From positions 239,836 through 287,455 of the IMG/VR virus record IMGVR_UViG_3300033076_000838: a DNA stretch of 47,620 bases, one strand, 5' to 3'. This DNA is from a virus. Taxonomy: Duplodnaviria; Heunggongvirae; Uroviricota; Caudoviricetes. The position numbers and the translations under genes were made by a program. Below the pieces are notes generated by a model. It ran no database searches. It was given only the letters and a program-made list of their open reading frames with translations, and was not told the origin of the DNA. Of this stretch, positions 18,696 to 28,284 are shown in pieces. Every line of letters begins with the position of its first letter. Position 1 is the stretch's first letter.

Positions 18696-20282
18696 ATGGC
18701 AGGTGCATCATTAAAAGATATTATAAAAATTGAGTATCAGAAATGTGCTGGTGACCCGATATATTTCATGCGTAAGTATTGTATGATTCAACATCCGGTT
18801 AGAGGTAAAATTCCATTTCACTTATATCCATTTCAAGAGGATACTCTTACTGATTTTAAAGATAATCGTTTTAACATCGTTCTTAAATCACGTCAAACAG
18901 GTATATCAACCTTAGTTGCTGGATTTTCACTATGGAAGATGTTATTTAATCAAGATTTTAACGTATTGGTAATCGCAACGAAACAAGAAGTTGCTAAAAA
19001 CCTTATTACAAAGATTAGGGTAATGAACCAATACTTACCAAGTTGGTTAAAACAAACGACAGTTGAAGATAATAAACTTTCACTACGATATTCAAATGGT
19101 TCACAGGCAAAAGCAACCTCTGCAGCAGGAGATGCCGGTCGTTCGGAAGCCCTATCACTCTTAGTATTCGATGAGGCAGCCTTTATTGATAGCATTGAAG
19201 AGATTTGGATTTCAGCACAATCTACTTTATCAACCGGTGGTAACGCAATTATTCTTTCAACACCTAATGGTGTGGGTAATTTCTTTCATAGAACGTGGGT
19301 TGGTGCAGAAGAAGGTAGAAATGGGTTCAATACTATTCGTTTACACTGGTCAGTACACCCTGAGCGTGGTCAAGCATGGAGAGATGAACAAGAAAGATTG
19401 TTAGGACCAAAAGGTGCAGCACAAGAATGTGATTGTGACTTCGTAAGTTCCGGTGATACTGTCATTGACCCTGCGTTATTACAATTTTATAGAGAAACAT
19501 ATTGTTTAGACCCATTAGAAAGAACTGGATTTGATGGAAACTTATGGAAATGGGAATATCCAGATTATAATCGTTCTTATATGGTAGTGGCCGACGTTGC
19601 GAGAGGTGACGGTGGTGACTATTCTACTGCTCAGGTAATTGATATTGTTAATTCAACACAAGTTGCAGAGTATAAAGGTAAATTAGATACAAAAGATTTT
19701 GGTAATTTCTTAGTTTCACTTTCTACCGATTATAATGAAGCACTTTTAGTTGTGGAGAATGCAAATATTGGTTGGGCGGTTATTCAGCAAATTATAGATA
19801 GAGGATATAAAAACTTATTCTATATGAGTAAGGATTTAAAATATGTAGATGTTGCCCATCAAATGACAAATAAGTTTAGGGCAGAAGAGAGAGGTATGGT
19901 TGCTGGGTTCTCTACTACCTCTAAAACCCGTCCATTAATTATTTCTAAGTTAGATGATTACCTAAGAGAAAAATCCTTTACAATTCGTTCTACAAGGTTA
20001 ATAGATGAGTTATTTACATTTATTTGGAATGGTAATCGTGCAGAAGCAATGAAAGGATATAATGATGACTTAGTAATGTCCTTATCAATTGGATTGTGGG
20101 TTAGAGATACTGCATTGAGATTAAGACAGGAAGGTATTGATTTAACTAAACAAGCATTGGGTGGTATAAATCAAAGTGTAACCGATATTGGTGGGTTTGG
20201 TGGAAATTCTTCATTCGATGAAAACCCTTGGCAAATGAGAGTTGGTAATCAATCCGAAGATTTATCGTGGTTAATAAAATAA
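18696..20282 (+). CDS. terL: Terminase large subunit (T4 gp17-like)
   Basis: LYPFQ Q-motif, KSRQTGIST Walker A variant, LLVFDEAAF Walker B, STPNG coupling motif, RNase H-like VADVARG and DDLVMS. Confidence 0.95.
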   Translation: MAGASLKDIIKIEYQKCAGDPIYFMRKYCMIQHPVRGKIPFHLYPFQEDTLTDFKDNRFNIVLKSRQTGISTLVAGFSLWKMLFNQDFNVLVIATKQEVAKNLITKIRVMNQYLPSWLKQTTVEDNKLSLRYSNGSQAKATSAAGDAGRSEALSLLVFDEAAFIDSIEEIWISAQSTLSTGGNAIILSTPNGVGNFFHRTWVGAEEGRNGFNTIRLHWSVHPERGQAWRDEQERLLGPKGAAQECDCDFVSSGDTVIDPALLQFYRETYCLDPLERTGFDGNLWKWEYPDYNRSYMVVADVARGDGGDYSTAQVIDIVNSTQVAEYKGKLDTKDFGNFLVSLSTDYNEALLVVENANIGWAVIQQIIDRGYKNLFYMSKDLKYVDVAHQMTNKFRAEERGMVAGFSTTSKTRPLIISKLDDYLREKSFTIRSTRLIDELFTFIWNGNRAEAMKGYNDDLVMSLSIGLWVRDTALRLRQEGIDLTKQALGGINQSVTDIGGFGGNSSFDENPWQMRVGNQSEDLSWLIK

Positions 20283-20329
20283 TCAAATAAAAAAATGTAT
20301 ATATTTATAGTGTATAGGAGAAATATACC

Positions 20330-20752
20330 ATGATAAAATTAACAAACATAATCAAAGAGGAAGTAGAAGACTATCCATTTGACCAACCCGAAAACAATTT
20401 TTTAGATTACGATGAATTAGATGTAGAAGATGAGGATGAAGAAGATTTCCTTAATTTCTTAAAAGCATATTCATCAGAGTTACAAGAAGCAAATTGTAAT
20501 TGTGTTTACGAAGCCGAATATCAAGGTAGAGAGGTTAAATTAGGTAAACCAATGCAGGGTGATGTTAAGAAATTTAAAGTTTATGTTAAAAACCCAAAGA
20601 CAGGAAAAGTTGTCAAAGTAAACTTTGGTCAACCGGGAATGAACATTAAGAAAAATAATCCTGAAAGAAGAAAATCTTTTAGAGCAAGACATAATTGTGA
20701 TAATCCAGGTCCACGTACAAAAGCACGTTACTGGTCTTGCAGAAAATGGTAA
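20330..20752 (+). CDS. Putative internal head protein: acidic N-terminal leader plus conserved basic domain (ERRKSFRARHNC...ARYWSCRKW)
   Basis: N-terminus MIKLTNIIKEE; LQE|A and VYE|A sites before the basic domain; SD AGGAG and late motif. Confidence 0.6.
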   Translation: MIKLTNIIKEEVEDYPFDQPENNFLDYDELDVEDEDEEDFLNFLKAYSSELQEANCNCVYEAEYQGREVKLGKPMQGDVKKFKVYVKNPKTGKVVKVNFGQPGMNIKKNNPERRKSFRARHNCDNPGPRTKARYWSCRKW

Positions 20753-20763
20753 AATAAAAAATT

Positions 20764-22494
20764 ATGGCAGATACTTCATTTTTTGGTAGGTTAAGAAAAC
20801 TTTTTTCCCAAAAGGCAATCGTTACGGTCACGCCCGATGGAAAAAGAAAAGTTTTTGATTTTGACGAAAGACAAGAAACTAACTTATCATCATTAAGAGA
20901 TAGATACACAAAACTACAAAAATCTTTTTATGAACAAGCTGGTGGTGCACAATCAATGGCATACCAACAAGTTCGTAGAGAAGTTTTTAGAGATTATGAT
21001 GCAATGGACCAAGACCCAATTATTGCATCTGCATTAGATATTTACGCTGATGAATCTACCTTAAAAAATGAATTCGGTGAAATGTTGATTATCCGTTCTG
21101 ATAATCCACGTGTACAAGAATTATTAGAAAACTTATACTACGATATTTTAAACGTAGAATTTACACTATGGCCGTGGGTTCGTAATATGTGTAAATATGG
21201 TGATTTCTTTTTAGGATTAGAGATTGCAGAAGGTAAAGGTATTGTAAACGTTACCCCATACTCGCAATATAATACGGAAAGAATAGAAGGACATGACCCA
21301 ACTAATCCACATATGGTTAAATTCAGAGTAATGGATGATGCTATTGGAAAAGTTGATTATGATAATTTTGAAATAGCTCACTTCCGTCTATTATCTGATA
21401 CAAACTGGTTACCTTATGGTAAATCTATGATTGAAAATGGTAGAAGATTGTGGAAACAATTATCTCTTATGGAAGATGCGATGTTAATCCATCGTATTAT
21501 GAGAGCACCGGAAAAAAGAGTATTCAAAATTGATATTGGTAATATTAATCCTACCGAAGTAGATAATTACATGCAGAAAATCATCAGTAAGATGAAAAAA
21601 GTTCCGTTTGTAAATAAAGATACGGGTGATTATAACTTAAAATATAATATGCAAAATCTTACGGAAGATTTTTATCTACCGGTAAGAGGTGGTGATAGTG
21701 GAACATCAATCGATAATTTAAGTGGATTGGAATACACTGCAACCGAAGATATTGAATACTTAAAAGGTAAATTATTTGCTGCATTAAAAATTCCAAAGGC
21801 ATATTTGGGATACGAAGAAAACGTAAATGGTAAAGCAACCCTAGCAGCAGAAGATGTTCGTTTCGCAAGAACAATTGAAAGAATACAAAGAACAATCACA
21901 TCTGAATTATCAAGAATAGGTGTTATACATTTATATGGTAATGGAATACAAGATTCCGAAATGGCTAATTTTGAAATACAATTAGTAAATCCATCAACAA
22001 TTTACGAACAAGAAAAAGTTAATCTATGGTCTGAAAAGGTTAGATTAGCAACTGATATGCAATCATTAAAAATGTTGTCTAAGGATTGGATTTATGATAA
22101 TATCTTTAAAATGTCTGATTCAGAACAAACCGAACAACGTGGTAAGATTGTAGAAGATATTAAAGATACATTCCGTTATAATTCTATTGAAAATGAAGGT
22201 AATGACCCTGCAAACCCACCACAACAAACTGATGTTGAGGAAAGTTTAGAAAACTTAAAGAGTGAACTAAAAGGACAAGTAGGAAGACCTCGTGAAGGAA
22301 ATACCTATGGTAAAGATAAACATCCATATGGTAGAGACCCATTAGGTGATGATGAACGAACTTCAAAAAGAAACCGAACATCCGAATCAAAAGCTAAGAG
22401 TTTTATTAATGGGATTTCATCAAAACGTAAGTTTTTACATGAAACAAAAGATATGTTAGATGAATCTAATATCATCGATGATACGGAAAATTAA
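20764..22494 (+). CDS. Portal protein (T4 gp20-like)
   Basis: LMEDAMLIHRIMRAPEKRVFKIDIGN, EDFYLPVRGG, DIEYL..KLFAALKIP, EDVRFAR are gp20 hallmarks. Confidence 0.95.
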   Translation: MADTSFFGRLRKLFSQKAIVTVTPDGKRKVFDFDERQETNLSSLRDRYTKLQKSFYEQAGGAQSMAYQQVRREVFRDYDAMDQDPIIASALDIYADESTLKNEFGEMLIIRSDNPRVQELLENLYYDILNVEFTLWPWVRNMCKYGDFFLGLEIAEGKGIVNVTPYSQYNTERIEGHDPTNPHMVKFRVMDDAIGKVDYDNFEIAHFRLLSDTNWLPYGKSMIENGRRLWKQLSLMEDAMLIHRIMRAPEKRVFKIDIGNINPTEVDNYMQKIISKMKKVPFVNKDTGDYNLKYNMQNLTEDFYLPVRGGDSGTSIDNLSGLEYTATEDIEYLKGKLFAALKIPKAYLGYEENVNGKATLAAEDVRFARTIERIQRTITSELSRIGVIHLYGNGIQDSEMANFEIQLVNPSTIYEQEKVNLWSEKVRLATDMQSLKMLSKDWIYDNIFKMSDSEQTEQRGKIVEDIKDTFRYNSIENEGNDPANPPQQTDVEESLENLKSELKGQVGRPREGNTYGKDKHPYGRDPLGDDERTSKRNRTSESKAKSFINGISSKRKFLHETKDMLDESNIIDDTEN

Positions 22495-22559
22495 TTTAAC
22501 TTATAATTTTTAATATTTATATAGAGAAATTTTGAGTCTATCAAAATAAGGATTAACAA

Positions 22560-23432
22560 ATGAGAAAAATAAAACATTCGAAATTCAAAAATACAGGGTT
22601 CCTATTTGAGTTATTGACACGTCAAATAACTTTGGAGATTTTGAACAATGCACCGGAGGAAAAAGCCAAAAAAATTGTACAAGAATTTTTTGGTGGGAAA
22701 ACTGAAATGTCTAAAGAATTGCGTTTATTCAATTTATTGGTAAACGAAAAGTATAATTCTGAAAGTAAAGCAGAAAAGTATATTGATGCTATTATAGAAA
22801 CTCGTACAAAATTAGATGAGAATAAACTTGCAAGAGAAAAATATAATCTTGTGAAAGCAATCAAAGAGAATTTTGAATTAGATTCATTCTTATCATCACC
22901 AGTATCTAACTATAAAGTTTTAGCATCAGTGCATAAAATTTTTGAAGCAAAGATACAAGATGTAACTAATGTTAAAGAAGTATTTGATGCTAAATTAACG
23001 TTGATAGAACATATTTCTACATCAACTCCATCTTTAAAACAAAAAGAAGATAAGTTGTTAGAAGATTATAGAAAACAAGAGAAAGATTTAAGATTACTTA
23101 CATATAAAATTCTTGTTGAAACATTTAACAAGAAATATACAAACTTAAATGATGACCAAAAGGATATTTTGAGAGAGTATATTAACAACGTAAACAACAC
23201 TTCTAAATTTGGTGAATATTTTGATGCTAAATTAAAGGTTGTTGTAACTGAATTACACAAACTTTATTCCGAAGTTAATGATAAAATCACAAAAATTAAG
23301 TTGAAAGAAACTATTAATGTTATGAAACAACAAAAAATTGGTAAAAAAGTTACTGATGAACAAGTTTCAGCGTTGATGATGTCATATGAATTAATAAAGG
23401 AAATAAAAAATGTTAAAGAAAGAAAATCTTAA
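22560..23432 (+). CDS. Helical head-module hypothetical protein
   Basis: Long ORF between portal and protease with late motif and AAGGA SD. Confidence 0.6.
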   Translation: MRKIKHSKFKNTGFLFELLTRQITLEILNNAPEEKAKKIVQEFFGGKTEMSKELRLFNLLVNEKYNSESKAEKYIDAIIETRTKLDENKLAREKYNLVKAIKENFELDSFLSSPVSNYKVLASVHKIFEAKIQDVTNVKEVFDAKLTLIEHISTSTPSLKQKEDKLLEDYRKQEKDLRLLTYKILVETFNKKYTNLNDDQKDILREYINNVNNTSKFGEYFDAKLKVVVTELHKLYSEVNDKITKIKLKETINVMKQQKIGKKVTDEQVSALMMSYELIKEIKNVKERKS

Positions 23433-24108
23433 ATCATATATAGACGAACTTATTAAAGAAGTTGAAGAGGAGTTGAAAGAATCCACTACCACTGGTGGTG
23501 TCGATGGCTATCAAACTCCTTTTGCTTTTTCTGGTAAGAGAAAACAAGATAAAGCAAAAGCCGATTCTAATATAAAAGTGACTGGATATACAAAGGTTAA
23601 AGACATTGATGAATCAACAACTCCATCTGATATTATAAAAGATTTAGATAAGGTAAGAACTGATTTAATTAAAAAAGTAGATGTTTTAATTGCTAAAAAG
23701 AAAAAACTTTATTCTAATGTAGATATTGAATCACCGATGAGTGCAGATGAAAAACAATTAGATAAAGATATACAAAGTATATTTTCACAAATACAAAGTT
23801 TGATTCAACAAAAAAGAAAAATTCAAAAAGAATCAGTAAACGAAGGTAAATCAAAAAGACCTGTAAATCGTTGGTTAGAATTAAAGAATGATGAATCAAT
23901 GCATGCAAATAAAAAGTTGGCAGTAGGATTGAGAGAATTGAAACAGCAATTAAGTGAGGTTGAAAAGTTTTTCCGTTGGTATAATCAAATTAAAACGATG
24001 AATGAATTATCATCTGATTCGTTTTGGAAAAGAACAAACACTCATATTTATAAAATAAAGGAAAGATTAATCAACATCGCAAAAACAATACAGGAGATAG
24101 AAAAATAA
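23410..24108 (+). CDS. Putative internal head protein with cassette structure
   Basis: Segments separated by LKE|S, IDE|S and ESVNE|G; SD AAGGA. Confidence 0.55.
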   Translation: MLKKENLKSYIDELIKEVEEELKESTTTGGVDGYQTPFAFSGKRKQDKAKADSNIKVTGYTKVKDIDESTTPSDIIKDLDKVRTDLIKKVDVLIAKKKKLYSNVDIESPMSADEKQLDKDIQSIFSQIQSLIQQKRKIQKESVNEGKSKRPVNRWLELKNDESMHANKKLAVGLRELKQQLSEVEKFFRWYNQIKTMNELSSDSFWKRTNTHIYKIKERLINIAKTIQEIEK

Positions 24109-24320
24109 TGAAAATTTCAAGAGCAAGATTAAAAGAAATCGTTAAGGAAGTAATGGTAGAGGAAACTGAATACCAACAATTCTTTCAGAACGCATTAGAT
24201 AAGGCAGGAAAATCAATTCCAGAGATGTCAGAAGAAGAAAAGAAAGCATTCTTTGATAAAATTGATGCAGCTTGGAATGGTAAAGGTGAAAAGAACGAAG
24301 CTAAAAAGAAAAAGTGGTAA
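24108..24320 (+). CDS. Small putative internal head/core protein
   Basis: MKISRARLKEIVKEVMVEE leader; SD AGGAG; directly upstream of the protease. Confidence 0.55.
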   Translation: MKISRARLKEIVKEVMVEETEYQQFFQNALDKAGKSIPEMSEEEKKAFFDKIDAAWNGKGEKNEAKKKKW

Positions 24321-24372
24321 TTCGCCTAACTATTTTTAGATTAAATAATAAAAGAAACGTTTGGGGAGTATA

Positions 24373-24966
24373 ATGAAAAATTTATTAATTGAGACTAACC
24401 TATTTGAAGGTAAAATCAACGAAGATGCATCAGGTAGAACACTGGTTAAAGGTGTTTTACAAAGAGCTGTTGCTGAAAATCAGAATGGTAGAGTGTATCC
24501 GTTAGAAATCTTACAAAGAGAAGCAAAGAAATATGAAACTCTTATTAAGGAAAGACGTGCATTAGGAGAATTAGACCATCCAGATTCATCAGTAATCAAC
24601 TTAAAGAACGTTTCCCATAATGTAAGAGAAATATGGTGGGAAGGTAATGATTTATGCGGGACAGTTGAAATTTTACCAACCCCATCTGGTAATATATTAA
24701 AAGAATTATTAAGAGCAGGAATACTTTTAGGTATTTCTTCTCGTGGTATGGGTTCAGTAACTCCTATGGGAGAAGGTAAGGTGAAAGTTGGTGAAGATTT
24801 CGAACTAATTGGTTGGGATTTTGTATCTAACCCATCTACTCATGGTGCATTTATGACACCGATGAATGAATCCGTAAACAAACAATTACAAGAACAAGCG
24901 ATAGTATGTGGTGATTATTGTAAGGCACAAGACCTTATGAGAGAAATCATTACTGAATTATCATAA
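24373..24966 (+). CDS. Prohead protease (T4 gp21-like, peptidase S77/U9 type)
   Basis: NQNGRVYP, ALGELDHP, VSH, GISSRGMGS, WDFVSNPS. Start moved to ATG 24373, which has GGGGAG upstream. Confidence 0.95.
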   Translation: MKNLLIETNLFEGKINEDASGRTLVKGVLQRAVAENQNGRVYPLEILQREAKKYETLIKERRALGELDHPDSSVINLKNVSHNVREIWWEGNDLCGTVEILPTPSGNILKELLRAGILLGISSRGMGSVTPMGEGKVKVGEDFELIGWDFVSNPSTHGAFMTPMNESVNKQLQEQAIVCGDYCKAQDLMREIITELS

Positions 24967-24978
24967 AGGAAATAGAAA

Positions 24979-25422
24979 ATGGCAGGATTTTCAATACAAG
25001 ATTATTTAAAGAATAATAAAATAGAAATGGGTAGCATCAAAAAAGAAGTTGGTGATACTCCATATAAGGGTGGTCATAATGACATCCGTAAAACTAACTA
25101 TGAAGTTAAGATTAAAGCTGATGGAAAATTAGATTTATATACTCATAAAACAATTGTTACTGAAAATAAAAATTTATTAAAAGAAGCATCTGAAATTCAA
25201 TTAAAAGAATTAGATTCTACTAAACAAAAGCAAGTTCAACAATTTGTAAAGTTTTTTGGTGGTAAAGTTATTACAATTTGGGATGGTATTCATGGTAATA
25301 TTGTTGATATAAAAATGTCAGAACCAAATTGGAGAATGGATACGTCAGACTTAAAGGATTTAATTTCTTTAAAAATTAGATGGATAGAATTTGATAAACA
25401 AACAGTGTCAATAGGATTTTAA
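24979..25422 (+). CDS. Putative internal head protein
   Basis: Two halves joined by VTENKNLLKE|A; SD AAGGA. Confidence 0.5.
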   Translation: MAGFSIQDYLKNNKIEMGSIKKEVGDTPYKGGHNDIRKTNYEVKIKADGKLDLYTHKTIVTENKNLLKEASEIQLKELDSTKQKQVQQFVKFFGGKVITIWDGIHGNIVDIKMSEPNWRMDTSDLKDLISLKIRWIEFDKQTVSIGF

Positions 25423-25438
25423 TAATAAGGAATACCAA

Positions 25439-26668
25439 ATGAAATTAAAAAATTTACTTAATGAAGAAACTTTTACCGCTACAAATAAAGCAAGTGGTAA
25501 AACTGCAGTATTTAAATCAAAAGATAGTAGAGATGCTGCAATCAAAGCAGGAACTCACTCTGAAAAAGAAGATGATACATCAGCTAAAACTGATAATAAG
25601 ACTTCAAAGGTAAATATATTTGATAAACCTGCAAAGGATTCATCTACAAAAACATCTACTACTAAATCATCATCTGATATGGGTGTTGACAAAGTTGTTT
25701 ATAATACAAGAACTAAATCGGTTGGTATTGTAAGATTGGGTGATGAAAGAGGGGAAACTAAAACTGATGCGGATGGTAATGTAAACACATCTGAATTAGA
25801 ACCATACAATCCTATGAAGTATCCACATCAAAAGGATGCTAAAGTTGCACCATCTACTCAAAAAGAGATTGATTCAAGAGGATTATGGAAACCATTTGCA
25901 CAAGATAAAGAAACATCTAAGGAAGAACCTACTCAAACTACATCAGAACCTAAAAAGAAAAGACCAGGTAATCCTCAAGTAAATAAAGAAGCAAAGAAGA
26001 AAGCAGAACAATATGGTATTACTCCACAAAAGTTGGGTAATGAAAAATATAAAGAAGCAATGTTACAAGCAGCAGTTTCTGCATTAACTGATTCAAATTA
26101 TCATAGTGAAGCAAGAGAATTAGTTGCTAAATTAGAAGGAAAACCTGAATGGGCTAAAAGACCGGAGTATCCATCTATTAAAGACCCTAAATATAGAGAA
26201 AAGATTGCAGCACTTAGACAAAATTCTGCAGATGGTTCAATTTATATGAATGGTACTGGTGATGTAGATGATTATGGTACGGATGTATCACAAGCATCTG
26301 GTTGGGATGGTGTTCAAGCAGCAGATGCAATTGCATTTACATTAAGAATGAATGGATTCCATAAAGAAGCAGATACAATTCAATCGATATTTGATAATAA
26401 ACCTTATATGAAAAATGAAGGTAGAATTTCTTTATCAAAAATGTTAAATGAATCAGAGGCAGAACAAATTGCTAATTTAACGGGTTTAAGAACTCAAGCT
26501 GTTAAGAAATTTATTGATGATAATAATATAGATGATAGAAAATTATTAGCATACCTTAAAATTAAAGGACCAAAAACATTAAGTAATAGAATGGATATAT
26601 CAACTGCAATCGTTGGTAAACCAGGAAACAAATTCGCACAAGGAATCATTAAAGCATTCAGTAAATAA
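25439..26668 (+). CDS. Putative internal head protein, multi-cassette
   Basis: N-terminus MKLKNLLNEE; an internal second tag ISLSKMLNE|S precedes the C-terminal module; SD AAGGA. Confidence 0.55.
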   Translation: MKLKNLLNEETFTATNKASGKTAVFKSKDSRDAAIKAGTHSEKEDDTSAKTDNKTSKVNIFDKPAKDSSTKTSTTKSSSDMGVDKVVYNTRTKSVGIVRLGDERGETKTDADGNVNTSELEPYNPMKYPHQKDAKVAPSTQKEIDSRGLWKPFAQDKETSKEEPTQTTSEPKKKRPGNPQVNKEAKKKAEQYGITPQKLGNEKYKEAMLQAAVSALTDSNYHSEARELVAKLEGKPEWAKRPEYPSIKDPKYREKIAALRQNSADGSIYMNGTGDVDDYGTDVSQASGWDGVQAADAIAFTLRMNGFHKEADTIQSIFDNKPYMKNEGRISLSKMLNESEAEQIANLTGLRTQAVKKFIDDNNIDDRKLLAYLKIKGPKTLSNRMDISTAIVGKPGNKFAQGIIKAFSK

Positions 26669-26682
26669 TAGGAGAGATATAA

Positions 26683-27726
26683 ATGATACGTTTATCAAAG
26701 ATAGTAAATGAGGGTGAAGAACCTAAAAAATTCTCTAATGAAGTTAAAAAACATTTCTTAGAAATCGTTTCTACATACAACAAGTATCAAGAAATGATGG
26801 ATAGAAAATCTGATATTGCTGAAATAGCAGAAGTATTAGGTGGAATTACTGAAGCAGCAAGAGAATTAGCTGTAAATGAATCCGATGATTGGTTTGATGC
26901 ACAGACGGTTAAGAGAAACATGAGTGAATTAGATAAGTTGGGTAAACAATTTGATAAAGTAGCAATAGAAGCTAAGAATTTAGACCAAAGATTACATGGA
27001 TTATACGAAGATATGGGACATATCCTATCTCGTTACTATAAAATAGGTGAAATTACCGAAGAGGAAATGAAAGGTCGTTTAGGAATGAACGAAGCATCAC
27101 CTTGTTGGGATGGATACAAACAAGTTGGGATGAAAATGAAGGATGGTAAAGAAGTTCCTAATTGTGTTCCAACATCCGAATCCGTAAAGGAATCAAAAGA
27201 TTGTGGATGTAATTCGGTAAACGAAGCAATAAAACATTTTATCCATGTAGAAACTCCAAAAGATATAACATCAAAATCAGTTATATCACAAATTACAACA
27301 TTAGCTAAAAAAGGTATTCGTTCAAATGAAATTGGATTGAATATGCATTTTGTTGGTAATGAAAAAGCTGCAGTTGATGCTTTTCAAAAAGTTAAGAATA
27401 AAGTATATTTTTCATTACACAATAACGAATCAGTAAACGAATCATCATTTCAAAAAGGTAAAACATATGGTGGAACTAAATGTGAAGGTGGATGTTTCTT
27501 AGGTAAAAATGGTTTAATGAAAATAATCAAAATTTCAAAAGAAAATCCAAATAACACATTTTTATTTAGACAAGATAATTTTTCAGGATTACAACCACAT
27601 TTTATTAAGAATGGTGTAATTGGTAAAGCAACTACACTTAATCCATCGTATGATTTAGAAAGAAATAAAGTAAGAAATTTAAAAATAGGTAATGATGTTG
27701 TTTTAGCTATTCAATTATTTGAATAA
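26683..27726 (+). CDS. Putative internal head protein, multi-cassette (includes CWDGYKQVGMK...VPNCVP module)
   Basis: N-terminus MIRLSKIVNE; linkers MNE|A, ESVKE|S, SVNE|A, NESVNE|S; SD AGGAG. Confidence 0.55.
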   Translation: MIRLSKIVNEGEEPKKFSNEVKKHFLEIVSTYNKYQEMMDRKSDIAEIAEVLGGITEAARELAVNESDDWFDAQTVKRNMSELDKLGKQFDKVAIEAKNLDQRLHGLYEDMGHILSRYYKIGEITEEEMKGRLGMNEASPCWDGYKQVGMKMKDGKEVPNCVPTSESVKESKDCGCNSVNEAIKHFIHVETPKDITSKSVISQITTLAKKGIRSNEIGLNMHFVGNEKAAVDAFQKVKNKVYFSLHNNESVNESSFQKGKTYGGTKCEGGCFLGKNGLMKIIKISKENPNNTFLFRQDNFSGLQPHFIKNGVIGKATTLNPSYDLERNKVRNLKIGNDVVLAIQLFE

Positions 27727-27777
27727 TTTCTAAAAGACATACTTATTCTCAAATAGTTATAACAAAAACCCAAATTA

Positions 27778-28080
27778 ATGAGCGGATTATCAAGAGTTAC
27801 GGTCGAAGTTCGTAATGGAGACATTGCAAAGGCTTTAAAAAAGTTTAAAAAGAAAGTAAACGAATCTGGACATCTCTTAGAATTGAGAGAAAGAAAAGAA
27901 TACGTTAAACCTACTACTAAAAGAAGGTTGACAAAACAAAAAGCTGTTAGAGAGGAACAAAAAAGAGTTGCTCTTATGAAAATGGCAGATGGTGATAGAA
28001 CTATACGTTTTTTCACTAAAAAAAGAAAGAAAAAGGGTAAAGAAGAACAAAAACCCCAAAAAGATAAAAATTTTGAATAA
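27778..28080 (+). CDS. rpsU: Phage-encoded 30S ribosomal protein bS21 with a basic C-terminal extension
   Basis: VEVRNGDIAKALKKFKKKV..SG.LLELRERKEYVKPTTKRR matches the bS21 consensus (ALRRFK...Y.KP...R). Confidence 0.92.
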   Translation: MSGLSRVTVEVRNGDIAKALKKFKKKVNESGHLLELRERKEYVKPTTKRRLTKQKAVREEQKRVALMKMADGDRTIRFFTKKRKKKGKEEQKPQKDKNFE

Positions 28081-28284
28081 AATTTTTTAAAAAATGTAAT
28101 AAATTTAATGTTTCTATAAACATTTATATATTTATTTTCAAATAATCCACCTCTATTGTGGATTTAAAATTAAAATGTTGGTTAATGAATACCCATTCTT
28201 ATGAGGTGACCGAACAACTAACCTAACACATTCTATTGAAAATCTCCCTTAATATTTTCAGAAAAAGTAAAGGAAAGTAAACAA

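Noticed and set aside
18696-20282. Terminase inactivated because Walker A reads RQTGIST rather than GKT/S; possible intein or intron
   Set aside because: KSRQxGxS/T with an upstream Lys is a known terminase variant, all other motifs are intact, and the length is normal
24361-24372. TTG starts at 24361 and 11546 given by the ORF track
   Set aside because: In-frame ATGs at 24373 (with SD) and 11567 (overlapping the upstream stop) are more plausible
27850-27870. VNE|S in bS21 as a protease site implying that bS21 is packaged
   Set aside because: It lies within the conserved bS21 helix, and the protein lacks the N-terminal tag; likely coincidence
28081-28284. tRNA or known riboswitch in the longest intergenic regions
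   Set aside because: No cloverleaf/TTCGA arm or recognisable riboswitch consensus; kept only as an unexplained structured leader
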